A DNA stretch of 64,000 bases from the human T2T-CHM13v2.0 reference genome, Homo sapiens: NCBI RefSeq assembly GCF_009914755.1, contig NC_060929.1. One strand, given 5' to 3'. The notes below the pieces were generated by a model that was not told where the DNA came from, did no database searches, and saw only the letters and a list, made by a program, of their open reading frames with translations. The position numbers and the translations under genes are program-made. Position 1 is the stretch's first letter. The number at the start of each line of letters is the position of its first letter. Positions 1 through 15,330 of this stretch are shown in pieces.

Positions 1-414
1 TCACAAAGGTAAGAACTACAACTACATTGATGGAATTTTATTAAAATTATTATTTCTAGTGTGACAGAAGCTGAGGAAGAGATGACGGAGTTAGCCCATT
101 CCAGGTCTTATCGGGGTACTTGGGAACCAGGACAGTTGGCCATTTCTGCCATGTGCTTGCAGATTAACTCCTGTAGAATGTTAGATTGGAAGTTTTAGTC
201 TATTTGGCAGCTATTCCAAGCCCCCAGCCCCATGCTGCTGCTCCTCTGCGGGATCAGCCCTGAGCAGAAACTGTTCTTTAGTCTCCTTGCTCCCCTGTGG
301 TGATAAATCTGTCAGCTCCTTCTGCAAAGCTGAGCTCATCCACTTTCTTCAGTGCCTCTCTTCCTGTTGGCTCCGTACCTCACAGTTATGTTTAGTTTCT
401 GCAGCTTCTGGTTA

Positions 415-605
415 GGCAGGTGGTATAGTAGTTGGGAAGGGTGGCTTTGGAGCCAGTTCTGGGTTTGAATTCTGACTTTTATACTTATTAGCTATGTAAC
501 ATTAGTCAATTTATCTACCTTTTCTGAGTTTTTGTTGCCTTATCTTTAAAAAAGAGAATGATATTATGTACATTCTTATAGGGTTTTATGAGAACTAAGT
601 GAGAT
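415..605 (+). mobile_element. MIR SINE
   Basis: MIR core-like sequence (gtggtatagtagtt...ggctttggagcc...ctgggtttgaattctgact...ttatgagaactaagtgaga). Confidence 0.7.
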
Positions 606-629
606 CCCTCAACGCTCTCGGAAATGAAA

Positions 630-873
630 TCACATCTACCTGTTTTATGCTGCCATAGCCCCAGATATTTTTTCACTTACTATACTTGAGATTAGATAAC
701 TGATTCTCTATTATTTCATGTCTTCTTCCCTGTTTATCTACAAGCTCCTAGAGGAAGGATTGTGTGTGACTTATTCTCTGTTGAATTCCCAGGGCCTGGC
801 GAAGTGAGTTGCACATAACAGGTGTGCTTTAAAAAGTCAATGAATGAATGAATGAATGAATGAATAAATGAAT
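630..873 (+). mobile_element. L2 3' end with (TGAA)n tail
   Basis: caagctcctagagg...ccagggcctggc...cacataacagg followed by (AATG)n at ~839-873, the typical L2 terminus. Confidence 0.7.
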
Positions 874-1998
874 TCCTAGAAAATAATGTCTGCACCTACA
901 TATCAAATGTACTTAAAGGCAAAATCTTTTAGCACCTATGCTAGAAGAAGTAGAGGTAGTAGGAATATGAATTTAGTTATGAATATGCAAATAAGTAGTT
1001 AAAGACAGGCCTAAGAGGCCTTCTAACCCACTTCATGTAGAGAGCCAGAATCTCCTCTACAACGTCCCCAACAGAAACTCAGCCATCAGGTTCATGCTTG
1101 AATAATACCCAGTGATGGAAAAGTCCTACCTCTGAGACAGCCCCTTTTCTTCTCAAAGGGCTCAGACAGTTTCTGCACTCTTCCTGGAACAGGGCACGAC
1201 CTGTGTGCTGCTCACCCTGTGTCACTCTCTCATCACTTCTGACTCTAATGCCCTCTGGCTCTTGCAAAACTTACCTGTGCCTTCCCACAAAGCAGCCTTT
1301 GAGTATTTGAAAATGGCTACCTTGCTTACTCTTTGGTGTTTGCACCTTCAGTCTGGACACACCCCTGTTCCCCCAGTGCCTTCTCTCAGGATGTGGTTCT
1401 TACAGCTGTCCAGACAACCACCAAACATGGACCAGGCCTGTCCGTATGCCTGATACTGCACTGGGCTCATGCAAGAAGGACTAAGAAGCATGAGGCTGAA
1501 CTTTGTCCCAGAAGCAACCTGACCTTTTCTTCCAGCTAGATTAGAACATGTAAAATAACATTCTCAAAAGAATGCCAGAGAAAAATCACAGCCTGTGAAA
1601 ATATCTAAGCCTCATAGATGGCCACCTACCCTGTCACAGTGTGGTGATCAGAGGCCAGGGAGGCCGCCTCAGCTGTGGGGTGTCTGGGAAGGCTCGTGAG
1701 GCTGCATCTACAAGGCCAGCAGTCATGTAGAGTGTGCCCTCCCCCTTGTTTGAAGAATCCAGCGGAGTGAGAGCTGAAGGGTACCTATGAAACTCATCTC
1801 ACCCGGCGCCTCATTTTATAAAATAGACACTCAAGAATGAGAGAAAGGAGGTGATCTGTCTGAATTCACCCAGAAGTTAAACAGCAAAGCTGGGCTAGGA
1901 TTTGGAGTATTCACTTGCTCCTTCTTTGTGGCTTCTTTTCTCCAAACTGCCTTTTCACAATGTGCCCATATGCCTCTGTGTTGAGGGTGGGGCAGGAG

Positions 1999-2023
1999 CA
2001 GAGACAGAGACAGAGACAGAGAG
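1999..2023 (+). repeat. (CAGAGA)4 microsatellite
   Basis: cagagacagagacagagacagagag seen directly. Confidence 0.85.
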
Positions 2024-5000
2024 GGAGCTCAGAAGTGCTTCCTACTCCCCACTGTGCCCCTCTCAAGGACTCTCTTTGCTGATGAAGCTTATTCCAGTTT
2101 CCTCTTCTTCCTCCCACACAGCCTTCCCTCTCCCGCTCTGCTCTCACCTCACTGTTCGGTAACAGACACTGTGTGATCTCCAGAGCTGACACTGCCCAGA
2201 GCCTTTGGAAGGAAAAGGAGAGTGGGTGGATAGAAAGACAAACCCCAGATGCCAAAGGATGCTGTCTTCCAAGGTGATCCAAGCATCCCAGTCTAGGTTA
2301 CTCTTTGTATTCACCCCCATCCTCTGAGAGAATTCACCCCAGAGACCTCTGAGATTTTCTGCCTCCCTCCAAGAAAAGTAAGATTCTGGTCCCATTTTAT
2401 AAGGAGAAAAATGAAGTTCAAGTTGTTGAAAAACCTTTTGTAAAGTCATTTGACTAAAACTGGAATTCAAACTTAAAACCTTTCCCATTCTAAGGATTAG
2501 GCTTGTTCTCCATTGGGCCACACTGCCCAAACTGGGGAAACCTTTGCAATTCTTAGGACTGGTATTATAATTGAGCAAAGCCAAGAAATAAACTCCTTTC
2601 TTCCTTAAACTGCCTGGGTTTGAAATCTGGCTCAGCTACTTACTAGCTGTTTGTCCATTGCAAGTCACTTCTCCTCTTTGTACCTCAGCTGTCTCACCTA
2701 TGAGTGGGAATATTAATGTGGATCTCATAAGATAAAGATAAAATGAGTTAATGTATGTAAAGTTTTAGAACACAGAGTGCAACAGAAGCCCAGGGTCTCA
2801 TCCTAACTCTGTCACTTACTCATGACCATTTATGCAAATCATATTTTTCTGTAAGATCTCAATTTGTTCTAGAATTGGCATAATGTTTTCAAAAGGAAAA
2901 AAATCAGCAAAACAATCTTCCTGCCTGTGTGATTTAGGGTTCTAGTTTTCCTGATTGTCTTCAGTTCAGAGGTATCAAAAAATATCTCTCATAGCCACAC
3001 TGGCTCCCTTAAGCTTAAGGAAGAGGCTGTTCTATTAATCTCAAGCACTTGGTGTGTGTATCTTTCGATCTTGCAAACCATGCACACCTAGGCTGATTTG
3101 GAATGGCCTTTTTCATGCTGGGTCAGCATCCTTTGGACCATTTCAGATATGTAAGACAGTGACTATGATTGCTCTGACAGAGCATGGAAACTCACTGTCA
3201 CCAGCAGCCTTCAAGCAAGAGGGGCCCCTTAGCACTAATTTTGGCAGATGGTTGGTGAGCTATGTAACTAGAAGAGTCTGGTCCTTGTTTCCTTACCTAT
3301 CCCTCTTTTTAAGACAGAAAAATAGAGAATACAATGGGAGGGAAATGGAGCTCCAGGAGACACAGGATTTTAGGTAAATACTTACTATGTGCCAAGCACT
3401 GTTCTCTAAGAATCTGACAGGTAACATAGTTAATCCTCACAACAGCTATGAGAAATACCATAATAATCCTTATGTTGCAGCAAAGGTTACTGAGGCACTA
3501 AAAGGTTGAGTAGCCCTCCTGAGGTTGCACAGCTAGGAGGTGGTGGAGCTAAGATTTGAATCTAGGCTGACATGCACAGGCAGTTTCTGTGACAGAGGGC
3601 AGTAACCCTCTGTGGCTCTGACTCTGAACCTCAATACATGCATATTTTCTGCTTGGTGTTCCCAGCCCTCTTCACCCAACCAAAGGCACTTTTTTTTTTT
3701 CAGGCTTCATGCTTTTGCTGCAAGACCTTCCCTGAGCTCCAAGATCAAGTTTGGGTCCACTCATTTTGCTCTATAATTACTTGTGTAATATTGGCCTTTC
3801 TCACTAGACCTTAGGTAACTTGAAAGCAAGGACCACACCTGTCTTCTTCTCTGCTACATTTCTATGTATAGCATGGGCCTGACAGTGTTAAGCACTCATG
3901 AGTGAATGAGTAAATGGACAAATAAATGATTTACTACAATATTTCTTACCTGGTTCCCAGTAGCTTTCATATTTATCATGTTTGGACTTTCATTCTTCTT
4001 TTTATCAAACATTCAATGGGCACCTACTATATGGGAGGCCTGTGAAGGTGTAAACCGGCTTTTCATCAAAAAATGGGCATGCTATGAGTATTTGCTTGGC
4101 CTTTTCTAGATAGGAAGGTTTTGATCATGTAAAGGGTAGATGCAATTGGTTTTAAGTCCACTGGGAACTGTAGCCATAAGGGCCCACCTCATACCAGGAA
4201 ATTTGCTCTTGCTCTGAAATGGCCTTGGCCAGGTGTCATTCCTGACCACAACAGTTGGGGCAGAGTAAAGATGAAGGGACTCTCTGGAAGACCAACTATT
4301 CCCAGGCCAGGTAGTACACCCATGCAGCCTTGCACTCAATAGCCCAACCTGGAGTCCCTAACCTTCTGCCAGAAAGTGCCAGCATTTTATCCTAAATCCC
4401 AGGGCTAAGAGAAATTAGTTTGTGAGACCCTGACTGACATTTACAATGCTTTGTCAATACTGGATACTTGTATGAGGTATGTCTGTTGGTGTGTTTGCAG
4501 ATATCCAAGTGTGCCTCCCTGGTTCCAAATGTAACTGGATAAGTCAACACGAATGCTTTTTTCTTCTCAATATTTATGGTGTTTTCACTGATTTAAGCAC
4601 AGCTACAATACCTTGTTTAATTAGAGGGAACCAGACTACCCTCTGTGTTACCAGAGATTATATAGGGAGAGGACACCTTAAAGGTTTGGTTGGTTAAAGT
4701 GGCTAAAATAGGAAAATGTGAAGACTTTTATGCAGAGACATGGGTATTTGAGGACACAATTAAGTCTTCAGCCCAGGAGTATTCCACAAATTCACACATA
4801 TCCATATTCATGCGCACATACCTGTGTGATCATAGAATTGTAGATCAAAGCTGGAAGAGCCCTTAAGAGAGAAATCAAGTGGCTCAGAAGTTTCCAAACT
4901 TTTTAGTTTGAGGCTCTATTTTCAAATGGAATCTTGGGGGAGAACTCTCATATATAAAACAGATAAAAAGCAGAGCTACTATGGTGGAAAAGAGAGGGTG

Positions 5001-7186
5001 GGATTTAGGACCACATCTTTCTGCCTTTTCCCTAACCTAATATGGTAACTTCTAAAATGCCTGCAACCAGGAACATAGCTTATAAGATCATTGATGTAGC
5101 CAAAGTTCTTATTTTGCAGATCAATCAACTAATGGCTATACAGGTTGAGATAATTGCCCAAGGACAAACAACTCATGAGATTCAAAGACAGGATTTATGT
5201 GGTTCTCCCTAAAACTCTTTTCCTGACACTTCTTATTTATGACCTGGTTCACAATAGACTACACAAAAAAGTCAATAAGAAGACCTCTTTGATCCACAAG
5301 ACAAAAGCTGAGGCTGAGTGGTGACAGGATTGAAGCTTATAAAAAAATCATGAGAGGGTGAGAAGAAACTTTCTGTTCCTTCATTCCTCCACATGTATTG
5401 AGCATGCACCCTGATCCAGGTACTGCTTGTGGACGCTGTGGGGGCCAACGTCCCTGCCCTCCAGGAGCTCACAGTCTCACAGGGAAGATGAGAAGGGCCC
5501 CTGCACGTTCAAAGAGAAAGCTAGGAGAGGCCTAGAGAGATAGGAATAAAGTGCTGTGTGGTTCACATTTCAAGTACCAGCACACATTAAAGGAGCTAAG
5601 GGAAATGCCCTGATCTCATGGAAGCCTGATACTTCCTTCTTGGTATAAAAATGTGTGCTGCTCTGAGTGCTTCATTGCAGGACAGGACATAAATGAATAG
5701 ATTGGCCTCACTAGTGGTTGGGAGGCTTGATGTACAGTGGTTAGAAAACAAGTCCTAGAGTCTTTTTACTTGTTGGTCTCTGTCCCTCACTAGCTATACT
5801 GTACTGAGCAGGAGCTACTCCATTAACTTAAGCCTCAATTTTTTAAATTTCTAATTTGCTAATGGGAATGATAATAGTACCCACTTTACAGGATTGCTAT
5901 GAGGATTAAATGAGATAACACAAATAAAGTACTTAGCACAGTTTCTACTACACAGTACAGGTTTGATACGTGTTAGGTACTTGTAATTATTGTTTTAGCC
6001 AAAGTCTGCCTTCTATGACATTTGCCCTTTCATTGGCTCTGGCCTGCGTTCCAGAGCCTCAGAGAACAAATCATCCATCTCTTCCCCATGACAACCCTTC
6101 TGGGACTCAAATACATCCTTCACTTACTTTCTTGGTCTTCTATACTTTTTTAGGCTGATAATTCCCACTTTTAAAAAAATACTTCTAATATAAGACTTTT
6201 CAAACCACAGTTTCCTATAACTACTCTCTCAATGGAGCTGTCATCTAAGATTTTATCTGACAATTTGGGGAAACTTGGCATGTTCAACCTGTGCCATTCA
6301 GAGTATACAGTACAAGTTCTTTGATTTTTCTCTCAACTTACCTCCTGTGGATCTCAAGGGGATGGGATGGAGGAAGTGCTCTTTCCAGTGTCCCAGGATT
6401 TGTTTAATAAACCTTACTTGCCCGTTTCCTTGAACAATGTTAGATGCTCCTTCTTCCTTCTGACTGGTGTGGTGTCAGCACAGGCAGGATGATGAGGGCT
6501 GAACAGCTCGTATGTGACCCCTTGAAAGAATCCCAGAGCAAAGGAAATCCAGCTTTGAAGATAAAGCCTTTCATCCTTCGATAGCTATGTTCCTATACAC
6601 CTGCTTCATGTTCTCTCAGGCTTCTTGCCTGACCCAGTCCCTGTATTTGAAGCAGTTCTAACACCTAACCTCTTTTGACCCAATGATAATGATAATGGTG
6701 AATGTGATGATCATAATAATAGCTAACATTCATTAAGCACTTACTATGTGCCAGACATGGTACTAAGTGCTTAGTTTTATTAATTCTTTTAAACCGTTCA
6801 CCAATCCTGTGATGTAGGTGCTATATCTGCATTTTGAAGACCAGAGAACTGAGCCTCAGAGAGGTTAAGTAACCAGTAGACACATATAATCAGTTCTTTT
6901 CTTTCCAATTGCACGTGATAATTAATAGTCATAATGATGGCCCAGAGCCTCTTCAAGATTCTTAAAGCATTCTCCAAATCTTCACAGCAAGATGAAAGCA
7001 TGTCCAATGTAGTTGTAGTGTTAAACACCTCTTTAGGATATCATAATTACTTGAAATGCCTTTTCATTCTAATCCTTTGAAAATTATAATTGGCATATGA
7101 TAGATGGAGTGACTATATTAACTAGTTTACTTAATTGAGCGCATTTACTCCCCATCATTGTACTCAAATGCCTTTTCAACATTGTG

Positions 7187-7454
7187 TTACCTCCTACAGT
7201 GGATATAGAGAGGAGACAGATTCTGTTCTCAACTAATCCTCTCACCAGCCATATAACCTTAAGCCACTATTCCCCTCTTTGGGCCTCAGTTTCCCTATCT
7301 GAACAATATGAGGGGTTTGTTTTACCTCCTACAGTGGATATAGAGAGGAGACAGATTCTATTCTCAACCAATCCTCTAACTGGCCATATAACCTTAAGCC
7401 ACTATTCCCATCTCTGGGCCTCAGTTTCCCTATCTGTACAATATGAAGGGTTTG
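7187..7454. repeat. 135-bp direct tandem duplication (2 copies, ~93% identical) containing a MIR fragment
   Basis: ttacctcctacagtggatatagagagg starts at 7187 and 7322; about 9 substitutions and no indels by manual alignment; contains the MIR motif gggcctcagtttccctatctg. Confidence 0.95.
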
Positions 7455-7488
7455 GTCTTCTCTCCAAAATCTTTGCTCCTGTATAGGT

Positions 7489-7845
7489 CAAAAGTCAGCA
7501 AACTATGGTCCCTGTGTCAAATCCAGCCATCACCTGATTTTATATGGCTCATGAGCTAAGAATGATTTTTTACATTTTTTAATTGTTGGGAAAAAAATCA
7601 AAAGAATGATATTTTATAATATGTGGAACTATATGACATTAAATTACCATGCCCAAAAATATTGGGACAGCCATGCTCTTCCAATTACTATATGCTAAAT
7701 AGTAATAGTAAATTACTATTTTCTATATATGGCTACTTTCATGCTGCAATGGCAGAGCTGACTAGTTGTGACAAGAACCATATGGTTTGCAAAGCCTAAA
7801 ATATTTATAATCTGGCCCTTTACATAAAAAGTTTGCTGACCCCTT
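7489..7845 (+). mobile_element. MER58B-like hAT-Charlie DNA transposon fossil
   Basis: Terminal inverted repeats gtcagcaaact...agtttgctgac; internal gagctaagaatgatttttacattttt and aagcctaaaatattta...tctggccctttac. Confidence 0.8.
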
Positions 7846-10800
7846 GCATAGATGTGGAATAGGGGGACACTAATAGGCTTCAGATAAACTAGACACTTTG
7901 GAAGCATCTAAAGACCCTTAGGAGGTTAGTGTCAAGGAGAGGAACCTAGCGCAGTCCCACAAATATTCGTTCAAGAAAGACAGCTACATTTGAAGGCCCC
8001 TGCTCTGGCAGGGTGACATATTCTGGCTATTAACTGTGCCAGCCACAGTCTGAGGTTCATTGTCCCTCTTTGTCTGGAGCAATCTTGACACACCATCCTA
8101 AAGCTAAAGTCATATGTTTCTCCACTGGTGGAGCAGTAGAACACATTTGTGAAGAAGACAGATTTTATAGTTGGACCACAGTTTGAATTCTTGCTTGCTG
8201 TGTGATCTCAGGGAAATTTCCAAAGGTCTCTTAACCATAGCTCCTTAACAGAAAATTAGGATGGATACTCACTCACTCATTTATGCAAATAAGTATTGGG
8301 TGTCTACTGTGCACATTTACCTCTTGGAATTGTTTAAGTAATTAAAGGATTATGTATATAAAGCATTTAACAGAATGCCTGACTCAGGAATAGAGCTTGG
8401 AAAATGTTTAAAATACATCTCAAACAATTATTATTCTTTTGTTTTTAAATTACAGTAACCTCAAAACTCCTAAAAAGCTGTTTGAATAAAGTTATATAAT
8501 GCATACAAAGGGGCATTTTTAGCCATTATTGTCATTTTTGTTCTTATAAGCAATGCTTCTGAAGCCGTTTTCAGTGGAGCACTTAACAGCACCAGTGTGC
8601 TTTAATTTCAGGCCAGGAGATAAAAAATTAAGCAGGGCTCTCTTAAAAGACCATAACAAAGCTTCAACAAATGCAACAACTTCTCTCCCCTGTCTTGCCA
8701 CTGCTACTCTGTCCCCCACTTTCCAGTGACTAATGGATGATATCTAAGATACATTAGAGCTATCTGAGGATCGATTTTTATTTTTTAATAGTATTAAAAA
8801 TACAATATATTCACATGATAAAACAGATATTACAGAAGGGTATAAAGTAAAAGATAAATGCCCATTCTTTCCAATTCTATACTTCATAGAAGTAACTATT
8901 TTAAACCCTTTTCCTGCATTTGGTTATTTAATGGTTTCCTTTACACTTCTACATCATATATTTATGTTTCTTTTTCTTGCTTTATCAACTTTAACTCCAT
9001 ATCTGACTTCCCATTAGAAAGATGACAAATCAGCTCATATTACACCCCCAACATCCCCTTCTCAATGTTTGTTAGCCTATATGCTATTATTTGGAATTCT
9101 TCTGATGATTACCTTGTATTTTTTACATAGTGAACCTTGATTTTTGATTCACCAGCATTAGAGCTTTGTCAAAATACAGATATCCAGTTTCCTCTTTAGG
9201 GCTACTGAATGATAATCCTTGGGGATGGTTATTTTGCAAAAGTGCCTCAAGGTATTCTGATACGTCCCTCAGAACCACTTTCTGAGAGCTTACAGTTTAT
9301 TGGTCAATTTCTTTGCATTTAATAATGACAGTAGACACAGCATTCTTTCTCACCGATTTATTAGTCACACATGGGGCAATGTGAAATGCTACATAGGTGC
9401 AGAAGAAGCAGACAAGAACACAGTGACCTAATAGCCCTAGGAACTCACTCATCACCAAGCTTCACTTTAGGTGAGAAACAGTCACTCAAAGAGAAGCATC
9501 TGGTACCAGTGCTGGGAGGTCAGTGGAAGGAGAGTGGGTTTAGACCTGCATTCTTGTGCTGAATAGCTGGAAAAACACTTGACTAACCTGAAAAACAAGT
9601 ACTCTGTAGATTAATTTCATTTTTTTTTTGTCAGTAGTAACAGTATATAGAGCAATGGTCCCAGCATTTGGGAACATGTTGTAAATAGGCAAAGTGGCTC
9701 AAAGAGAGTAGTAATCAAACTTCGTAGTTAAAATTTTTAATAGAATATAATTAGCAATGTAGTATTTTTATATAATACTATATAATTAATAGCACAAATA
9801 AAGCACATAAAGAAAAATGTTCTAATTACCAAATATTACCCTCTAAGGTTTTTTTTAATAAAATGGCAAAGAAAATTAGAAAATTATTTAATTAAACCTT
9901 ATTTAATGAGAGTTCCCAGGGGAACAGAATGAGTGAATTGAATTTTCCCATAAACCAGTGGGCAAAGAGTTAACACCTTTATTTCCCCCTTCTTAGTCAA
10001 GAACACAGTTGTGCAGGTTCATTTTCTTGAATTATGGAGAAATTTAGTCTAGTAACTATAATAGAGTCATTTCTTAGTGATTAAAAGCATTGTAGAGATG
10101 CAAGATTATTATTCCCAGCATGAAATCTGAAATAGGAGGGAAGATGTCAGCTATTAGATGAGAATATAGTTCATGACCACAAGTTATTTCCTAATTTTGT
10201 TTCTTTTACTTAACATCATAGCTATGAGCTTGTTTTATCATTCTCTGTCCATTTTTTCTTAGGAGGGGATGGGGGTTCAGTTGGGGAGTCTTATTAGTTT
10301 GATCATAAGTAATTAAGGTTTGGCTGCACTAACCTTGTTGTCAGACATTCTGGTGACAAGATTGAGTGGCATTTATGTTGAGCAGTTGAGGAAACTCGGC
10401 CATTTCCTTTGGCCTCCATTATGTCTGAGATGGAAGCAGTCAGTATGAAATGCCCAGGACCTTGTTACAGATTTTCAAGAGACAGAATTTGACTGCAGGA
10501 GATACTTTCCATTTCAATCTCCCAGTAGTTACTTTATGAACATGTTCTTTTTAAAGTCTCTAAGAACTATGAGAAATCTTTCAACTGTGCTCTAGCTTTT
10601 AACCAGTGCTGGGGTAAGTGCTCTCTTAGATGGTATAACGTCTTGGAATGCATATTGGGTACAGGAACCTAGTTCTGATTTCACCTTTACTAATGGCTTG
10701 CTAGAACCATTGTGCAAATCAGCTACATCTGTGAAACTGTAAACTGTGGCTGTGGAACACGTTAAACTCAAAAGGTATTTTCAACCTGAATTTCTCTTTT

Positions 10801-11149
10801 CAACCAATTACAATCACCCACTGGTATTTGCTGCCTGCTGGTCATATTTCTCCTGGATAATTGGCTTTCTTTCTTGAGGAAAGTCTCTGGCTTTTATTTG
10901 TTCACTCAACAAATATATACTGTGCACCTACTCTGTGCCAAGCATTGCTCTAGGAGCAGGTTCTAGGACACATCAGTGACCAAGACAAAAAAGGTTCCTG
11001 CTCTTAGGAAACTGACATTTCAATAGGAGGAAAGAGGCTATGGGAACACATGAGTAAACAAGATAATCTCAAATGGTGATAAAAACTCTGGAGAAGCTCT
11101 AACAGGGCACTGAGATAGAGCAGACTGGATAGGGTGCTGGGGGTAACTC

Positions 11150-11480
11150 TACTATGTTCTTCCAGAAGCAGTTCCCTGAAACAAGGATTCAAGTACAAGG
11201 GGCTTCTTGGGTGCCAATCCTAAAAAACCAGGGAAGGGAGGCAGAGAAGGGAAGTCTGCCTACAAAGTTTCATAAACAAGATGCCTACACTGCAGGCTAC
11301 TGAAGGAGAACAGTCCCTGAGGGGATCCCAACATGTCAGTGTAGAACTCACCTCAGGGTCATGCCATGCAGGGGAGAGGATTCTGGGGCACTTATCTACT
11401 GACTCTTCATCTGTCATTGATTGAAAGCTGCTTCTGGGCATATTAACTCCTTAACATGTCTAACTTAGCCTGCAGGTAGG
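11150..11480. mobile_element. LTR16-like (ERVL) solo LTR fragment inside an antisense L2
   Basis: ccagaagcag..ccctgaaacaaggattcaagtacaag resembles LTR16; flanked by L2-like purine-rich sequence. Confidence 0.5.
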
Positions 11481-12219
11481 CGGAGTAGCCAGGTGTTTGC
11501 AGTTGGTACGTAAAGTAGAATACCCATGTAGAAAGGGGAGTGGAAGCGAACAGGATGCTGAGATTGTCTACAACAGGGCAAGAACTAGTTCTTTAGATAA
11601 GAAGTCAGGAAACACCTCTCTGAGAGATGGCAGTCTAGCTGAGATCCAAAAAATGGAAAGGAGCCAGACAGGGAAATCACATTTCCAGGCAGAGAGAATA
11701 TCAAGGACAAAAGCTCTGAGTGTGACTAAGCTTGCTTTGTTTATAAAAATAGAAACAATAAAAAATCGCAGAACTTTAGAGGCATAGGGGTGGGGGAGGG
11801 TTGTTTTTGAATCATAAAGTCTATTCTTTTAGATAGAAAAATCAGAGAAAGCCAATGAGAAATTCAGAAACATAGACGGTATCCTAGGATCCCAAGAGGG
11901 AGCTGGGACCGCTGCTCTAATTCCTTGGCTCCCAGTTCAGAACTTCTCCATCGACCATGGATCCCCTGCTCATTTTCCCATTTCATTCATTGGAATTTGG
12001 TGGTTTCCCCCAAGCCATGGAGCTGAAAGGGAATTGCCTGTATGATCCCACTCAAATTCCTTGGGCAGTTTTCCAAGATACGATCAATGGCATATGAGTG
12101 GAAGATCTGCATGTGACTTCTGAAAAAAGTTCTTCATGAAGAAGTTGTGCATTCCATTTTTTTTCTTCCTGCTGGGCAGGCCCCCAATTATACCTAAAAG
12201 AAACCCAAGTTAACACAAG

Positions 12220-12735
12220 GCTCTATGTGACCAGCTTTGGGCTGCCAATTTGACCTCCTTTCCCACCCTTTCTCTTCAAACTCACTGTGCCACAATCACA
12301 CCAGCCTCCTTACTGTTTCTTGAATATGCCAATCATCCTCTCACCTCTGGGCCTTTGCTCAGAATGCTCTTCTCCAAATATCCCCATAGCTCAGACACAG
12401 GCATCACTTCACTCAGGTCCCTAAGCCAAGACCACCTCCTTGCGGAGGCTCATCCTCATCACTCCTTCCAAAGCATGACACTGCCCCTCCCCATCCTCTT
12501 ACCTCACTTTATCCTTCATGGGGCTCATTGCTACCGCAGAGTATACTATCCCAGATTATACTATACTATGCTGCATATTTACTTGTTCATTTATTGTCTG
12601 TCTTCCCCACTAGAATATAAGCTCCATAAGGGAAGAAACTTGCTTTATTCACTATTAGAATAGTGCACTATGACTTTTCAAAAATGTTTGTTGAAATGAT
12701 TAATCAGTGAATAAGTGAGTGAGTGACTGAGTGAA
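12220..12735 (+). mobile_element. L2 LINE 3' fragment
   Basis: gcctccttactgtttcttgaatatgcc...ttcccccactagaatataagctccataaggg...tttgttgaaatga...gtgagtgagtga. Confidence 0.75.
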
Positions 12736-13626
12736 CCAATGCCTAACAGAGGCCCTTAGTTCTGGTGCTCTCTCTGTTACTAACTCCCTAAATGACGCCT
12801 CTGCAAGTTGATTCTTCTACTCTGCCTCAGTTTCTTTATCTGGCAAATAGACATATAATGTTTACCTTAAAAAAGGATAAACTGAAATGAGGCCATAGAT
12901 ATGAAAGTACTGCACATTATTGAATATATTATACAAATGTAAGATTTCCTTTTACAGTCGAAGCCTTCTTGAGTTTTAGTAAACTTCACCAAATGGGGTG
13001 GAAAGTGTCATTATAATAAACAATCCTTCATGGTTGCTGGAATTGATCAGGCCTCATGGAGTGGTGAAAATTTACCCTGTTGTATGGAAAAGAGCACAGG
13101 GTGAGGATGGAGACTGGGATCAGAACTCGGCCTCTTCCACAGACTTGCTGGTGTCCTTGGGTAACTCATAGGAGCTTGCCCAGTGAAATTCAGATTCCTC
13201 TTCTCTCAAAATGGTTGGGTATTGGGATGGTAGACGAGATTATTCCCTCCTTAGAGGTTTCTACCTTGTACTATATATCTGCATCATCATAATAATCACA
13301 GCCACTATTTATTGATCACTTGGTCTGCCCCATGCACTTGACATGTGTCGTTGCATTGTATGTTTACCCCAACAACCAGACCTCCATTATTCAGACAAGA
13401 AAACTGTCAAGTAACTTAGTTAATAGTGGTATAACTACTGGCTTATGCATAGCAGCGCCAGCACTCCAAACTAGGCATACTGGCTCCTGAGCTGTGCTAA
13501 TTTTGTGCACAAACTAAGTAATAATCAAGTTCAAAGGAAAGGAGGCCTAACTGTCTCTCCATTGAGTAGGTTTCATCTGGTGGAACTGAATGGAAAATCC
13601 TGTGGTTTTGGAACAGGTTAAGTTGA

Positions 13627-13908
<282 letters not shown>

Positions 13909-13969
13909 TAGTCTTTACAAAGGAATCAGTTTTCTAAAGCGAACAAATTCAGGGAAATATATTTGTAAA

Positions 13970-14500
13970 GATTATTAGGTACAAGGTGCAGGGGTCAGAC
14001 AACCCAAAATGACATGGTTTTAAGGAGGGAGACATTTTATTTATCTCTCCTGTGAACAAAACTTAGGAGTCAGCAGTCCCAGACTTGTAAAATGGCTCCA
14101 CAGTTATCAAATACCCAGGCTTCTTGTACCTTCTTGCTCTGCTGTCATCCACATACGGCTGCTGCCTAATAGTACAAGAGGGCTGCTTAAACTACAGCCA
14201 TTGCCTCAGCATTCTACCCAGTAGGAAGAAAAAAAAACATGCAATGCACAACTTCTTCATGAAGAACTGTTTTCAGAAGTCACAAGCAGATCTTCCATTC
14301 ATATGCTATTGATCGTATCTTGGAAAACTACCCCCAGTTGGCTGCAAGGGAAGCTGGAAAATGGTGGTTCTATTCTGGGCAGAGCCACCATGTTGCCCAG
14401 CTCAGGAGGATGCTCATTTCATTGTAGATTGAGCTTCTTTGTGTAGTGAGGTGGCCCTTATTCTGCTCAGCCATGTGCCCAGCTAAAAATCAGGGCAACC
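13970..14500. mobile_element. MLT1-type (MaLR) LTR remnant
   Basis: gcaagggaagctggaaaatg and tcagccatgtgcccagctaaaaat motifs. Confidence 0.5.
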
Positions 14501-15029
14501 TAACTAAGGAATATCCAGCAGATCTCTACCTGGGAGAGTCCACTCTCAGTAATCAGGCAGACTCTCTGCTTCTCACTTCCCAGCAACACAGCTCTAAATA
14601 CTGCCACCAAAATCTATTTTGTTTGTTATTTGAGAATGCTTGGGAATAAGGATAGCGAATGATTCTTTTTCTGAAGTCAAACCAGATAGATTGACAGTGG
14701 CCATATGGAACCCTGTGTTGAGAAGGATACTAAGGCCAAGTTTGTTTATCTGGACAAACAGTGAATCTTTGACAGACTTTCTCTTGCCACTCAATCCATT
14801 TCTTTTTATAAATGGCAAACCGTATAACAGAGATACTTCTTATCCCACTATTCAAACTGATTTAACTCTTCAATAATGAAGACTTATTTCAATATGATCT
14901 TAAGCAAACAAAATCGCAAATATGCTTTCAAGCAATGAGAAAACTACATAGGAATTAATTAAGTAATGTGTAATGATTGCACTCCAATTTCCAAAAGACT
15001 GAGCAGATGACAAAAATAACCAAATGTAA

Positions 15030-15330
<301 letters not shown>

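Noticed and set aside
7184-7486. ORF with an internal 45-aa repeat
   Set aside because: By-product of the 135-bp duplication; non-ATG start and MIR-derived
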